From: a virus
Direction: 5' to 3' (one strand)
Length of the DNA: 64,000 nt
Virus record (IMG/VR): IMGVR_UViG_3300025018_000101
Coordinates: 64,001-128,000 of that record
This document shows, in pieces, positions 9,461 to 18,002 of the stretch. Below the pieces are notes generated by a model, which saw only the letters and a program-made list of their open reading frames with translations, was not told the DNA's origin and made no database searches. Every line of letters starts with the position of its first letter. The first letter of the stretch is position 1. The translations under genes were made by a program, and so were the position numbers.

Positions 9461-9540
9461 CGCGGCCAGGATCGGGCGACACTCACGGTTGATGAGGGCG
9501 TTGGCACCCGCTCGCGCCCTGGACCAGCAGGAGACCTACG

Positions 9541-12099
9541 ATGTCCTTCGGAACGCCCGCCCCCGCGCCCGTGGCTGCACCCGACCCGCAGACCCTGTTC
9601 AAGGAGCGCTTCGCGCAGATGGCGCACGACAACCTCGCGTCGCGTCTGCCCGACGTCTCCGACCGCATCTCGGCCTTCGAGGTGCTGGACGTGGACGAGA
9701 ACACGGGCCAGGCCGTGGGTGTCTTCGCCTTCACGGCGGGGAACTCCGAGGTGCACATCCCGGTCATCCTCTCCGGGATTCAGATCGAGCCCATCGATGT
9801 CATGTACCTGCCGGACTCCCGGCAGTGGCTGCCGCTGACCCCGAAGTGGGTGGAGTTCCTGGACTCCGTCGACGCGAACTACCTCGGCAACGCCCGCAAG
9901 GCGCCCACGGGCCTCCAGACGGACATGGACATCCGCAACGTCATGGTGCCGCCGATGACCGGGCGGTACAGTTACGCGTCGGCGAACGGCTGCCTGCTCG
10001 ACTATCTCCGCCGCGCCGGCAACCGTGCCCGCAAGCACGCGGTGGCCGTGATGACGGCTCGGCCTACCCTGGCCAAGCTGGCGTTTGACCTGTACGGCGT
10101 CGCGGAGCTCACCGAGGCGGTGCGGCACCGCGAGCCACCTCCTGCTGTCGAGAAGATCGCCTTCTACGACGGGGACTCCGACTGGGGTGAAATGGCGACG
10201 GCCTTCGGCCAGCACGCCCCGCGGGCGATGTCCCAACTGACAGCGCTCGGGTACGCGGTCCTTGACCGGCGGCCCCGGACGAAGACCGCGGTGTACGTCG
10301 AGACCCTGTCGCGCCGCATCACGCCGAACGAGCCCGGCGTCTACCGCCTCTATCTCAAGGACCGGAGGAGCCGCCTGGCGCTGATCATCCCCGCGCCTCA
10401 GGAGCTCTCCAGGACCACCCGGTACGGCACTACGCCTACGCGCGTGACGACCCCGCCCGTCGACATCTGGGAGACGCGTCCGACGTCTCCGTCGGAGAAC
10501 GTCACCTACCTCATCTACACGCAAGATGGGGAGGCCGAGCAGGTGCGAGGGCCGATTCTGGCGCGACCGGTCGAGCGCGAGGCGGCCAACGTGGCCGCCT
10601 GGCTGGCGGAGGTCTTCGCGCGCAACGACCCGCCAGCGCCTGGTCGAGGCACGTTCCTCCGCTTCAAGGACGGCCGTCTCCAGGCCACGACGCTGATCAA
10701 GATCGTGAACGTGTCCGACCTCGGCGACGGGGAGAAGCTCATCAAGGCATACTCGAACTCAGGCGGCCAGACCTACATCCGCATGGGGCCCTCGTACCGC
10801 TACAAGCAGATCTCGGTGATGTCGACGGGCGAAGGCGCGGACGTTTGGGGCGGCGGCGGCAGCGACAGTGCCGAGGTGCGCATCCCCGACACCTACTGCT
10901 GGGTACCTGTCAAGGACCTCGACGCCGCGCTCGTCGTGCGGACGGCCAACGACGTCGTAGGCGTCGCGGCGGCCGACCCGAAGATGGCCACAGCCGTGGT
11001 CGTGCGCGTCGTCCACAACGCCGGTTCGTACCGAGTCAACGGCTCTTCGGTCGGGTCCCGCGCGAAGGCCGCTCACGTCCTGCTCCGGGACTTCGGACTC
11101 TCGGTGGTGTCGGCCGAGAACATGCTCAAGCGCGCGGCGGTCGAAGGACAGGCCGAGGCAGCCGCGATGGACTCCGCCCAGCTCGCGGCCGGCGACCAGG
11201 CCGGTGTGGTCGGCGGCGACCCCGGCATGGACCCGTCGATGATGGACCCGGCCACGATGGATCCATCGATGATGGACCCCTCGATGACGGCGCCCGACCC
11301 GACGGCGATGGCGCTGCAGTCTGCTCAACAGGAGGTCATGACGCTGATCCAGATGCAGCAGCAGGAAGTGACGCGTCGCCTCGAGGAGCAGCAGCGCATC
11401 CTTGCGGCGCAGCAGGAGGCCATCGACCTGGTGATGCAGCGTAGCCAGGAGCTCCTCGGCGGTGCGCCACCGATGGACCCGCTGAGCGCGTCCATGATGT
11501 CGCAGCAGCTCACCGACCAGAACATGGCCCAGGCGCCCCCTGCGGGCCTGGGTGGCGGCGCGGCGTACGCTGACGCCGGACCTTCGCCTGAGCCGGTGCC
11601 TGAAGGGTCCTTGGCGGCCGGGGCTCCGACGCTCGGTGCTGGCGACGTCCCGGTCGGGCCCTCGACTGGCATGCCGTCAGGCATGCCCGCGGACATGGGC
11701 CCTGGCCAGCCGGCGGGCCTTGGTCCGAGCTCCGGCATGTCCCCCGTGCCCCCGAGCACGCCGGAGGATGTGGCTCAGGCCGCCCCCGGGGCGCTGGACG
11801 CGAGCATGCTCGCGTCCATGGCCACCAGCGAGGGCCTCGAGTCCCTCGGCGTGGACTACCTGCCGCAGCTCCGGGAGGCAGTGTCGATTCTGGCCCGCAC
11901 CTTGACGGACCTTCGCATCAAGGCTCCTACGCTGCGCGACCAGCTCGGCGACAGGGCCTACGAGGAGCAGGTCGAGCGCCTTCGACGGGGTCTCACGAAC
12001 CTCGGTCCTCTGACCCTGGACCTCCACAGGAACGCGCTGCTGTTCCGCGGCTCCGGCGCGACTGCCGGCGACCAGGACTCGGTGCACGACTCGGTGTAA
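9541..12099 (+). CDS. Large hypothetical head-region protein (852 aa) with MDPSM low-complexity repeats and a Gln-rich coiled coil
   Basis: AGGAG RBS; long ORF; several KxA motifs. Confidence 0.85.
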   Translation: MSFGTPAPAPVAAPDPQTLFKERFAQMAHDNLASRLPDVSDRISAFEVLDVDENTGQAVGVFAFTAGNSEVHIPVILSGIQIEPIDVMYLPDSRQWLPLTPKWVEFLDSVDANYLGNARKAPTGLQTDMDIRNVMVPPMTGRYSYASANGCLLDYLRRAGNRARKHAVAVMTARPTLAKLAFDLYGVAELTEAVRHREPPPAVEKIAFYDGDSDWGEMATAFGQHAPRAMSQLTALGYAVLDRRPRTKTAVYVETLSRRITPNEPGVYRLYLKDRRSRLALIIPAPQELSRTTRYGTTPTRVTTPPVDIWETRPTSPSENVTYLIYTQDGEAEQVRGPILARPVEREAANVAAWLAEVFARNDPPAPGRGTFLRFKDGRLQATTLIKIVNVSDLGDGEKLIKAYSNSGGQTYIRMGPSYRYKQISVMSTGEGADVWGGGGSDSAEVRIPDTYCWVPVKDLDAALVVRTANDVVGVAAADPKMATAVVVRVVHNAGSYRVNGSSVGSRAKAAHVLLRDFGLSVVSAENMLKRAAVEGQAEAAAMDSAQLAAGDQAGVVGGDPGMDPSMMDPATMDPSMMDPSMTAPDPTAMALQSAQQEVMTLIQMQQQEVTRRLEEQQRILAAQQEAIDLVMQRSQELLGGAPPMDPLSASMMSQQLTDQNMAQAPPAGLGGGAAYADAGPSPEPVPEGSLAAGAPTLGAGDVPVGPSTGMPSGMPADMGPGQPAGLGPSSGMSPVPPSTPEDVAQAAPGALDASMLASMATSEGLESLGVDYLPQLREAVSILARTLTDLRIKAPTLRDQLGDRAYEEQVERLRRGLTNLGPLTLDLHRNALLFRGSGATAGDQDSVHDSV

Positions 12100-12105
12100 G
12101 CTGGC

Positions 12106-12828
12106 ATGGCGGTTCCACGGCACAGATACGAAGCGCTACTGGCCCTCTCCGGCCGGGGCGCCGACGTTTGGCCCGCCGACCCGGTGCTCGACGCCATGCT
12201 CCGTGCGGCCCGGGGAGACCGGCTCGTGCCGGGTGAAGTGCTGCACTGCATGTCCCTGGCGCAGTCAGCGCTCAAGAGCGCGATCGTCGACGCCTTCTTG
12301 CTCGCGGGAGCGACGAGCGCCGACCTTCGGATATCGCTGGGCGTCGACCCTGACGTCGCCGATCTCTATCGGACGTACGTCTTTGACACGGCCGTATTCC
12401 GAGACGTGCTCGACCGCTACGAGTACGTCCACGCCATCAAGCGCCGTGCCGACGCGGCAACATGCGACAGCGACCGACACGCGCTGGAGGAAGCGTACAA
12501 GTGGGCGTGGTGGGGCCTGAGCCACGGCCTGCAGTACCTGAAGCTCCGACTGAACGCGGACGCGGAGGTCCTGTCTACCGCGATGGTGAACAGGGTCATC
12601 AACATGGCGTACCTCCAGACGGTCGACGCGTTCAACGGCCGCAGTCCAGCCGAGGCCCGTAGCTGCGCGGGGACCTTCCTCGCGGCGGTGCGTACGGGGG
12701 CAGCACTTGTCGACACGGAAAAATCCGGGCAAGATGTCGAGTGGGAAGTGGTACTGTCAACGCCAGCCGAGAGCGAGGCGGGCACAGGTCCGCCACTGCA
12801 GCTCGATACGGCGTCCATCCTCACGTAG
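12106..12828 (+). CDS. Hypothetical protein
   Basis: 240-aa ORF tightly packed between neighbours. Confidence 0.75.
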   Translation: MAVPRHRYEALLALSGRGADVWPADPVLDAMLRAARGDRLVPGEVLHCMSLAQSALKSAIVDAFLLAGATSADLRISLGVDPDVADLYRTYVFDTAVFRDVLDRYEYVHAIKRRADAATCDSDRHALEEAYKWAWWGLSHGLQYLKLRLNADAEVLSTAMVNRVINMAYLQTVDAFNGRSPAEARSCAGTFLAAVRTGAALVDTEKSGQDVEWEVVLSTPAESEAGTGPPLQLDTASILT

Positions 12829-12840
12829 AGGCACAGGTTC

Positions 12841-13761
12841 ATGAGCATGCACGACACGATGGTGGAGACGTCCCGGAGGGTCATCGACGCGTTCGATGCG
12901 AAGGGCATCCCCCTGACCGACGGCGTGATCAAGGAGGCTCGGGAGCTAAATTTTAGCCCCGAGCAGACGGAGAAGCTGCTGCAGTTCGTCAACGTCGGCG
13001 CCCACCTGCGCAAGTTCTCCGCGGCCACCGGCCCCGACCGCGTGGTGGAGTTTGACGTCGCTCAACCCTCCGAGGTCATGGCCGCGCTCTTTCCTGCGCG
13101 CCTCGCCGTCAAGGCTGCGGCCGCGCCGCTGACCAGCGTTGACAACTTCGACGCGTCCTACGACTACTGGGGGCCCGCGCCCAAGGCGAGGCGGCGCTCC
13201 AAGGTCGCAGGGGACGGCGGCATGGACGACGACGACGACTGCGAGGACGACTGCGAGGTCGACTACGGAGGTAGCGACGACGACGACGACGACGACGAGG
13301 GGGAGGAGGAAGGCGCCGAGGAGTCCACGGCCGCCGACTACGCCCCGGTGGACGAGGCGGCGTTCCGCCGTCTGCTCGACTCCGCGTCCAAGACTGCTGC
13401 GGACCTCAAGAACGCCGCTCACATCGCGTCCTTCCGTTACGAGGACGCGGTCGGCGTCCTGGTCACGGCCGTGAGCCGCGGGGCTATCTCGTCAGAGAAG
13501 ATGGCGCAGGATCTCCACGCGCTGCACGGCCGGGCGGGGGTGGAAGTGGCCGGCGCCGTTTTCAAACGCCTGCGCCAGGAGCACCTGCCGAGCAAGACGG
13601 CGTCCCTGGCGCCCTCCGCGGGCGTGGTGTTGTCCCACCCGACCCACGGGCTCATGCAGGCGGCGGTTGCCGCAGCGGATGACCTCCTTGTGAAGGTCTC
13701 GGCGTGGCAGTACCACCACGGCCAGGTCAGGCAACTCGCCGTGAAGTTGGGGTACCGCTGA
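12841..13761 (+). CDS. Hypothetical head-region protein with acidic Asp/Glu tract and KxA motifs
   Basis: 306 aa; D/E tract lies between KVA and KTA; TGATG overlap downstream. Confidence 0.85.
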   Translation: MSMHDTMVETSRRVIDAFDAKGIPLTDGVIKEARELNFSPEQTEKLLQFVNVGAHLRKFSAATGPDRVVEFDVAQPSEVMAALFPARLAVKAAAAPLTSVDNFDASYDYWGPAPKARRRSKVAGDGGMDDDDDCEDDCEVDYGGSDDDDDDDEGEEEGAEESTAADYAPVDEAAFRRLLDSASKTAADLKNAAHIASFRYEDAVGVLVTAVSRGAISSEKMAQDLHALHGRAGVEVAGAVFKRLRQEHLPSKTASLAPSAGVVLSHPTHGLMQAAVAAADDLLVKVSAWQYHHGQVRQLAVKLGYR

Positions 13762-15017
13762 TGCGTGGACTCGGCCGCACCATCCTGGACCTCGCGCACG
13801 ACCGACCCGTGGCTGCGACTGCGGCTGCGGCCGGCGCAGTGGCTGTGCCCGTGGGCGTCTCTACGCTCGTGGGTGCCCCGGGGCAATCTCGTGCGGCCTA
13901 CGACGACGACGCCTTCCACGTCCAGGAACAGGCGCGACTGATGAGCCAGCCCTCCAACACCGAGGAGCCCCACATGCGACGCCTACCCTCCCCCGCGGCC
14001 TACTACAAGTCGGGCTGCGTCCTCGACAAGCTCGCCGCCCCGAAGCCCGCCTCCGGGGGCAAGAGCATGCTGTTCGGCGGCATCCAGAGCCTCCTCGACG
14101 AGGTCTTTGGGCCCGCCTCGCGCACCCCGACCGCCCGGGAGATCCTCGGGCACGGCTCGGTGCAGGACGCGCTCCGGGCGACGACCGGCTCGGTGAGCCG
14201 CCCGTTCTCCCAGGCGGTTGAGCCCGCGGTCCACGACGTCCTGGACGACGGCATCGTGCGCTCCTTCGTGTCCAACATGCAGCACTCGGTCCCGGAGCCC
14301 TTCTCCCGAGACGGGTACGGCACACACCCTGAAGTCGCGCGCAGGCGACTCCGGGCAGCAGCCGCGGCGGGGGTGGCGGGCGCCCGACAGGAGCTCGACA
14401 AGCTCCTCAGCCAGGAGCCGGGTCTGGCGAACGCCTACGCCACGGCGCACCAGGAACTCAGCGGTATGCTCAACCCTCAGCAGGACGTCCGAGACGCCCT
14501 CGGCCACGTGGTCAGCGCGGTGGACGCGGGCGTCGTTGGCGCTGACAAGCAGCTCCACGAGATCCTGTCCCAGAACCCAGACCTGGCCCAGGCGTGGGCG
14601 GGTGCTCACATGGACGCCTCCGCGCCGAACGCCGGCAGGCGCTACGGCCTGCCGGCGGCGCTGGTGGGAGGCGGCCTCGCGTTGGGTCTGGCAGAGCCCA
14701 TGATGGAAGTGGCCAGGCCCACCGCCGAGTCGTTCGGCACGCGCCTCGCCGACCGCTTCGCGCCGCGGCCGGACGACGGGGCAGCGCAGTTCAACGAGAT
14801 GCTCAGGACGGACCCGATGCTGTCGCAGGCCTCGCCCGAGGAGCGCCTGCTCATGCACAAGGCGTACGGCAGTATGCGCTCCGTGGCGCCCACGCTCGCG
14901 CAAGACCCGTTCGCGTCGCAGAACTACCTCCGGACCATCATGTCCACGGGCGCAGGCCCCGACTACGCCACCATCGGCCAGCTCGCTCGCGTCGAGCGGG
15001 ACCTCACCAAGGACTGA
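13761..15017 (+). CDS. Hypothetical head-region protein with hydrophobic segments (possible second start at 13974)
   Basis: ATG overlaps upstream stop; internal GAGGAG-N6-ATG in frame. Confidence 0.8.
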   Translation: MRGLGRTILDLAHDRPVAATAAAAGAVAVPVGVSTLVGAPGQSRAAYDDDAFHVQEQARLMSQPSNTEEPHMRRLPSPAAYYKSGCVLDKLAAPKPASGGKSMLFGGIQSLLDEVFGPASRTPTAREILGHGSVQDALRATTGSVSRPFSQAVEPAVHDVLDDGIVRSFVSNMQHSVPEPFSRDGYGTHPEVARRRLRAAAAAGVAGARQELDKLLSQEPGLANAYATAHQELSGMLNPQQDVRDALGHVVSAVDAGVVGADKQLHEILSQNPDLAQAWAGAHMDASAPNAGRRYGLPAALVGGGLALGLAEPMMEVARPTAESFGTRLADRFAPRPDDGAAQFNEMLRTDPMLSQASPEERLLMHKAYGSMRSVAPTLAQDPFASQNYLRTIMSTGAGPDYATIGQLARVERDLTKD

Positions 15018-15020
15018 CCC

Positions 15021-16304
15021 ATGTCCGAAGAAGACTTCAACCTGTTCCTGGCCAACGTCCTGGCCTCCGTCCACGGGGCGGGCAAGGTGGCGTCCCTGAT
15101 GCGGCGCCCCATCAGCGAGGTCTACGCCGCGAAGCTGTCGGCCTACTACGGCCAGCCGGTCTCGCCCGACTTCAGTCTCGCCGACGTGGTCAAGCACGTG
15201 AGCGAGAAGTTGGGGCGCGCGCGCACCGTTCACCGCCAGACGCTCGACGGCATCGAGGCGATCCGCGAACTGTCCAAGGTCGGTGGCTCCGACCCCGACC
15301 CCGACCCCGACCCCGGCCCGTCGCGCTTCCGAGGCGCCCTGGCGGGCTGGGGCGCAGGCGGTGCTGCGGGCTCCGTCCTTGGCGCCGGTCTAGGGGTGGC
15401 AGGCGGACTGGCGGGCCTGCATTACATGAGGCGCGCTGGGGACGAGCGTCTGGTGGAGGCCCTCGCGGACAACCCCGAACTGTCCTCAAGGGCGCTGGCG
15501 GCAGGCGTAGGCGTGGCCGGTGGCGGCGCCGGCGCGCTCCTGGGCGGAACCGTCTCCGGCGCTACGGGCCTCATGGCGGGCGCGAGTCGCCCCGGCGGCG
15601 CCGACCCGGACGCGCCCTGGTACGCGGGACACGGCGCGGCGGGCGCCCTACTCGGAGGCGCGGCGGGCGCCCTACTCGGAGGCGCGGCGGGCGGCGTGCT
15701 GTCCGCCCCACCCCGGGAGGGCGTCTCCGCGCTGGGGCGCCTCGGTGCTGGAGCCCTCATCGGCGCGGGGCTCGGCGCGGCGGGCGCCGTGGCCGCGGAC
15801 CGCGCCACCTCCTGGCTCGCGCCCCGAGACGCCGAGCGCCAGAAGACCGGCGGCGAAGCCCTCCGCTACGACGCAGGTCGTGGTGCCGAGGCGGGCGGCA
15901 TGGTTGGCGGGATCGGTGGCGGACTCGCCGGTGCGGGCCTGGGGGCTTACACGGGCAGCGGCTGGAAGAGCCGCCTCGCCCGAGGAGCTGCTGGTGGTCT
16001 CGCCGGGGCGATCGGAGGGGGCACGGTCGGCATGGGCGTCGGTGCGCACACGGGTGCCGGCGCCAGCGTCATCGACCCTCAGGGCGTCACCCCGGAGTGG
16101 CAGCGGCACGCGGTAGGCGGCGGCGCACTCGGCGCCGGTCTGGGAGTGGCCGGCGGGGCTGCGACTGGGGCCCTGCTGGGCCGTGGGTGGCGCGATGCAC
16201 TGACCGCCGGTCTTGGGGCGGGCCTCGCCGGAGGAGTCGCTGGCGGCCTCGGGGGAGCAGTGGTGGGTGGCCAGCGTCAAGCCATGGACAACGTCGGCCT
16301 CTGA
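15021..16304 (+). CDS. Glycine-zipper membrane-type protein with two modules
   Basis: Extensive GxxxG repeats; modules start after KVG and KTG; 24 bp tandem repeat at 15633-15693. Confidence 0.85.
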   Translation: MSEEDFNLFLANVLASVHGAGKVASLMRRPISEVYAAKLSAYYGQPVSPDFSLADVVKHVSEKLGRARTVHRQTLDGIEAIRELSKVGGSDPDPDPDPGPSRFRGALAGWGAGGAAGSVLGAGLGVAGGLAGLHYMRRAGDERLVEALADNPELSSRALAAGVGVAGGGAGALLGGTVSGATGLMAGASRPGGADPDAPWYAGHGAAGALLGGAAGALLGGAAGGVLSAPPREGVSALGRLGAGALIGAGLGAAGAVAADRATSWLAPRDAERQKTGGEALRYDAGRGAEAGGMVGGIGGGLAGAGLGAYTGSGWKSRLARGAAGGLAGAIGGGTVGMGVGAHTGAGASVIDPQGVTPEWQRHAVGGGALGAGLGVAGGAATGALLGRGWRDALTAGLGAGLAGGVAGGLGGAVVGGQRQAMDNVGL

Positions 16305-16327
16305 GAGGCCCGTAAGGAGACCCGGAT

Positions 16328-17086
16328 ATGACACAGCCCTTGTACCTGACCCGACTGCTCCAGAAGACCGCCGCCCGCAAGGAAGAGCCGGCGTGGGACC
16401 CCGCCATGGAGGTCGACCTGACGCCGGCCGAGCAGGCGCGGTTTGACAGGGCCGCCGCCGAAGAGGCGCGGCGCGGCGGCTACGCCGGCGGCCTCATCGG
16501 CGCAGGTGCTGGCGCGCTGATGGGCGGTGCCGGCGCCGCCGCCTGGGGCCGCTCGAGGGGTCACGGCCTCGGCCGTGTCGTGGGCGAGGGAGCGCTCGGA
16601 GCGCTTGGCGGCGCAGCGGCTGGGTTCTTCGAAGGAGACGTAGCGGGTGGAGCGGTCGGCGGGCTCTCCATGTACGCGGACCGGGACTCAAAGCCGAACT
16701 TGCGCGACCAGTACGGATTTGGAGCGGCCCTCCCTGCGGGCTTCGCCGGGGGTCTCATGGGCGCTGGCGCCGGTGCTGTTGGTGCGCACGAACTGTTACG
16801 GGGCGCGCCGGCGCGGATCCTGGTGCCGGCTACGCTGGTGGGCGGCGGTCTGGGCGCCCTGGCTGGCGGAGCCTTGAGCGGGCTCTCCGGGTACGGCGCG
16901 GGCTACGGGCTGGGTCTGGTGCGCGAGGGTATGGACGCCGCCACGGGGTCGAGGCCGCCAGCCAACCCGCTCGAGGGCATCGACACGGTCGCCAGGGAGC
17001 GGGCCGTCGAGGAGTACCTCGCCAACGGAGGCAAGGAGGCTTCGGCCGCCCCCGTCTATCTCAATCGCCTGCTGCGGAGGCTGTAG
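16328..17086 (+). CDS. Glycine-zipper membrane-type protein, copy 1
   Basis: AAGGAG RBS; KTA and KEA bracket four Gly-rich hydrophobic segments. Confidence 0.85.
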   Translation: MTQPLYLTRLLQKTAARKEEPAWDPAMEVDLTPAEQARFDRAAAEEARRGGYAGGLIGAGAGALMGGAGAAAWGRSRGHGLGRVVGEGALGALGGAAAGFFEGDVAGGAVGGLSMYADRDSKPNLRDQYGFGAALPAGFAGGLMGAGAGAVGAHELLRGAPARILVPATLVGGGLGALAGGALSGLSGYGAGYGLGLVREGMDAATGSRPPANPLEGIDTVARERAVEEYLANGGKEASAAPVYLNRLLRRL

Positions 17087-17220
17087 TGGCGCACGACAAG
17101 GCCATCGAGTTCGGTCAGTACGCCCCGACAGGCGAGCCGTCGATGCAGGTCATCGACCGGCGCGACGTTGGCCTGCGGAAGTACGCCTCGGCCGAAGCCA
17201 TGGACAACGTCGGCCTCTGA
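17086..17220 (+). CDS. 44-aa chimeric ORF at the duplication junction (protease N-terminus + last codons of the 15021 gene)
   Basis: Reads MAHDKAIEFGQYAPTGEPSMQVIDRRDVGLRKYASAEAMDNVGL*. Confidence 0.55.
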   Translation: MAHDKAIEFGQYAPTGEPSMQVIDRRDVGLRKYASAEAMDNVGL

Positions 17221-17243
17221 GAGGCCCGTAAGGAGACCCGGAT

Positions 17244-18002
17244 ATGACACAGCCCTTGTACCTGACCCGACTGCTCCAGAAGACCGCCGCCCGCAAGGAA
17301 GAGCCGGCGTGGGACCCCGCCATGGAGGTCGACCTGACGCCGGCCGAGCAGGCGCGGTTTGACAGGGCCGCCGCCGAAGAGGCGCGGCGCGGCGGCTACG
17401 CCGGCGGCCTCATCGGCGCAGGTGCTGGCGCGCTGATGGGCGGTGCCGGCGCCGCCGCCTGGGGCCGCTCGAGGGGTCACGGCCTCGGCCGTGTCGTGGG
17501 CGAGGGAGCGCTCGGAGCGCTTGGCGGCGCAGCGGCTGGGTTCTTCGAAGGAGACGTAGCGGGTGGAGCGGTCGGCGGGCTCTCCATGTACGCGGACCGG
17601 GACTCAAAGCCGAACTTGCGCGACCAGTACGGATTTGGAGCGGCCCTCCCTGCGGGCTTCGCCGGGGGTCTCATGGGCGCTGGCGCCGGTGCTGTTGGTG
17701 CGCACGAACTGTTACGGGGCGCGCCGGCGCGGATCCTGGTGCCGGCTACGCTGGTGGGCGGCGGTCTGGGCGCCCTGGCTGGCGGAGCCTTGAGCGGGCT
17801 CTCCGGGTACGGCGCGGGCTACGGGCTGGGTCTGGTGCGCGAGGGTATGGACGCCGCCACGGGGTCGAGGCCGCCAGCCAACCCGCTCGAGGGCATCGAC
17901 ACGGTCGCCAGGGAGCGGGCCGTCGAGGAGTACCTCGCCAACGGAGGCAAGGAGGCTTCGGCCGCCCCCGTCTATCTCAATCGCCTGCTGCGGAGGCTGT
18001 AG
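17244..18002 (+). CDS. Glycine-zipper membrane-type protein, copy 2
   Basis: Identical translation to 16328..17086. Confidence 0.85.
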   Translation: MTQPLYLTRLLQKTAARKEEPAWDPAMEVDLTPAEQARFDRAAAEEARRGGYAGGLIGAGAGALMGGAGAAAWGRSRGHGLGRVVGEGALGALGGAAAGFFEGDVAGGAVGGLSMYADRDSKPNLRDQYGFGAALPAGFAGGLMGAGAGAVGAHELLRGAPARILVPATLVGGGLGALAGGALSGLSGYGAGYGLGLVREGMDAATGSRPPANPLEGIDTVARERAVEEYLANGGKEASAAPVYLNRLLRRL

